Source: an uncultured Desulfosarcina sp. (GTDB taxonomy: Bacteria; Desulfobacterota; Desulfobacteria; Desulfobacterales; Desulfosarcinaceae). Taken from it: a stretch of DNA of 64,000 bases. Within the stretch, counting starts at the first letter, position 1. Every line of letters starts with the position of its first letter. The stretch lies in the NCBI GenBank assembly GCA_963674945.2, contig CAXXWQ010000003.1:2144001-2208000 (forward strand). The letters are read 5' to 3'. The translations under genes were made by a program, and so were the position numbers. This document shows positions 63,537 through 64,000 of this stretch, one piece after another. The notes beneath the pieces are model-generated. The model saw only the letters and a program-made list of their open reading frames with translations, did no database searches and was not told where the DNA came from.

Positions 63537-63624
63537 TGATCTTTATGTGATCACAATACGGTACGATACATATGAATGTAGGCGCAACATTACATAGAAT
63601 TCTTTTTGAGCAAAAGGATATGTC

Positions 63625-64000
63625 ATGACCTCAGACCTCACTCCCCGCCAGCAGAGCGTGCTTGCCTATGTCATCGAACACCAGCGGCGGCATCTCATGG
63701 CGCCGACAGTGCGGGAGATCGCCGCCCATCTGGGGCTCAGTTCTCCGGCCGGCGTTCACCGTCTTCTCAATGTGCTCACGGACAAAGGGTACCTGAAGTC
63801 GGAACCGGGAAAGAAGCGGTCCTGGCGGTATAGGGAGGAGGTGGCCGCAGATCGCATCCCCATGATCGGCGATATTGCCGCAGGAAAACCCATGGAGGCA
63901 GTCGAATCGTTCGGCGATGCGCTTCCGGTATCACCCGGACTGTTCGGCTGTGAAAGCTGCTTCTGCCTGCGGATCCGCGGCGACTCCATGGTCGATGCCC
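63625..64000 (+). CDS. lexA: LexA repressor (3' partial; absent from ORF track)
   Basis: Own translation: MTSDLTPRQQSVL..PTVREIAAHLGLSSP..IPMIGDIAAGKP..LRIRGDSM (Ala-Gly cleavage site, catalytic Ser). Confidence 0.93.
   Translation, partial: MTSDLTPRQQSVLAYVIEHQRRHLMAPTVREIAAHLGLSSPAGVHRLLNVLTDKGYLKSEPGKKRSWRYREEVAADRIPMIGDIAAGKPMEAVESFGDALPVSPGLFGCESCFCLRIRGDSMVDA

Overview
The window looks like a deltaproteobacterial (Desulfobacterota-like) chromosome; this is inferred from gene content only. Bases 1-29.6 kb are mostly metabolic: a sigma-54-driven metK-ahcY-fused glycine/sarcosine/dimethylglycine methyltransferase operon (de novo glycine betaine synthesis) with a divergent enhancer-binding protein, katG, a Pst-like ABC transporter plus glycosyltransferase, SDR/TetR, an esterase, a C1 peptidase lipoprotein and an OYE oxidoreductase. 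Bases ~29.8-63.3 kb are a complete integron: intI (62254-63282, +), attI (~61959) and about 20 cassettes read on the minus strand, delimited by attC hairpins I located by eye. Cassettes include DarT+NADAR (DarTG1-like), a SIR2-like protein, HicAB, Phd/VapC, GNAT, methyl-, acyl- and acetyltransferases and several orphans. The array is heavily invaded by three different IS66 elements (one carrying a DUF4338/DruA-like gene), IS1380, an unclassified DDE-type IS, an IS91+tyrosine-recombinase unit framed exactly like a cassette, and remnants of two group II intron lineages. A lexA gene, absent from the ORF track, starts at 63625. The best novelty candidates are a two-gene Zn-ribbon + 2-TM cassette in which each gene is split by a different IS, the cassette-framed IS91 unit, and the twin palindromes plus SOS-like box at the intI promoter. 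All family assignments come from motif recognition; no database searches were run.
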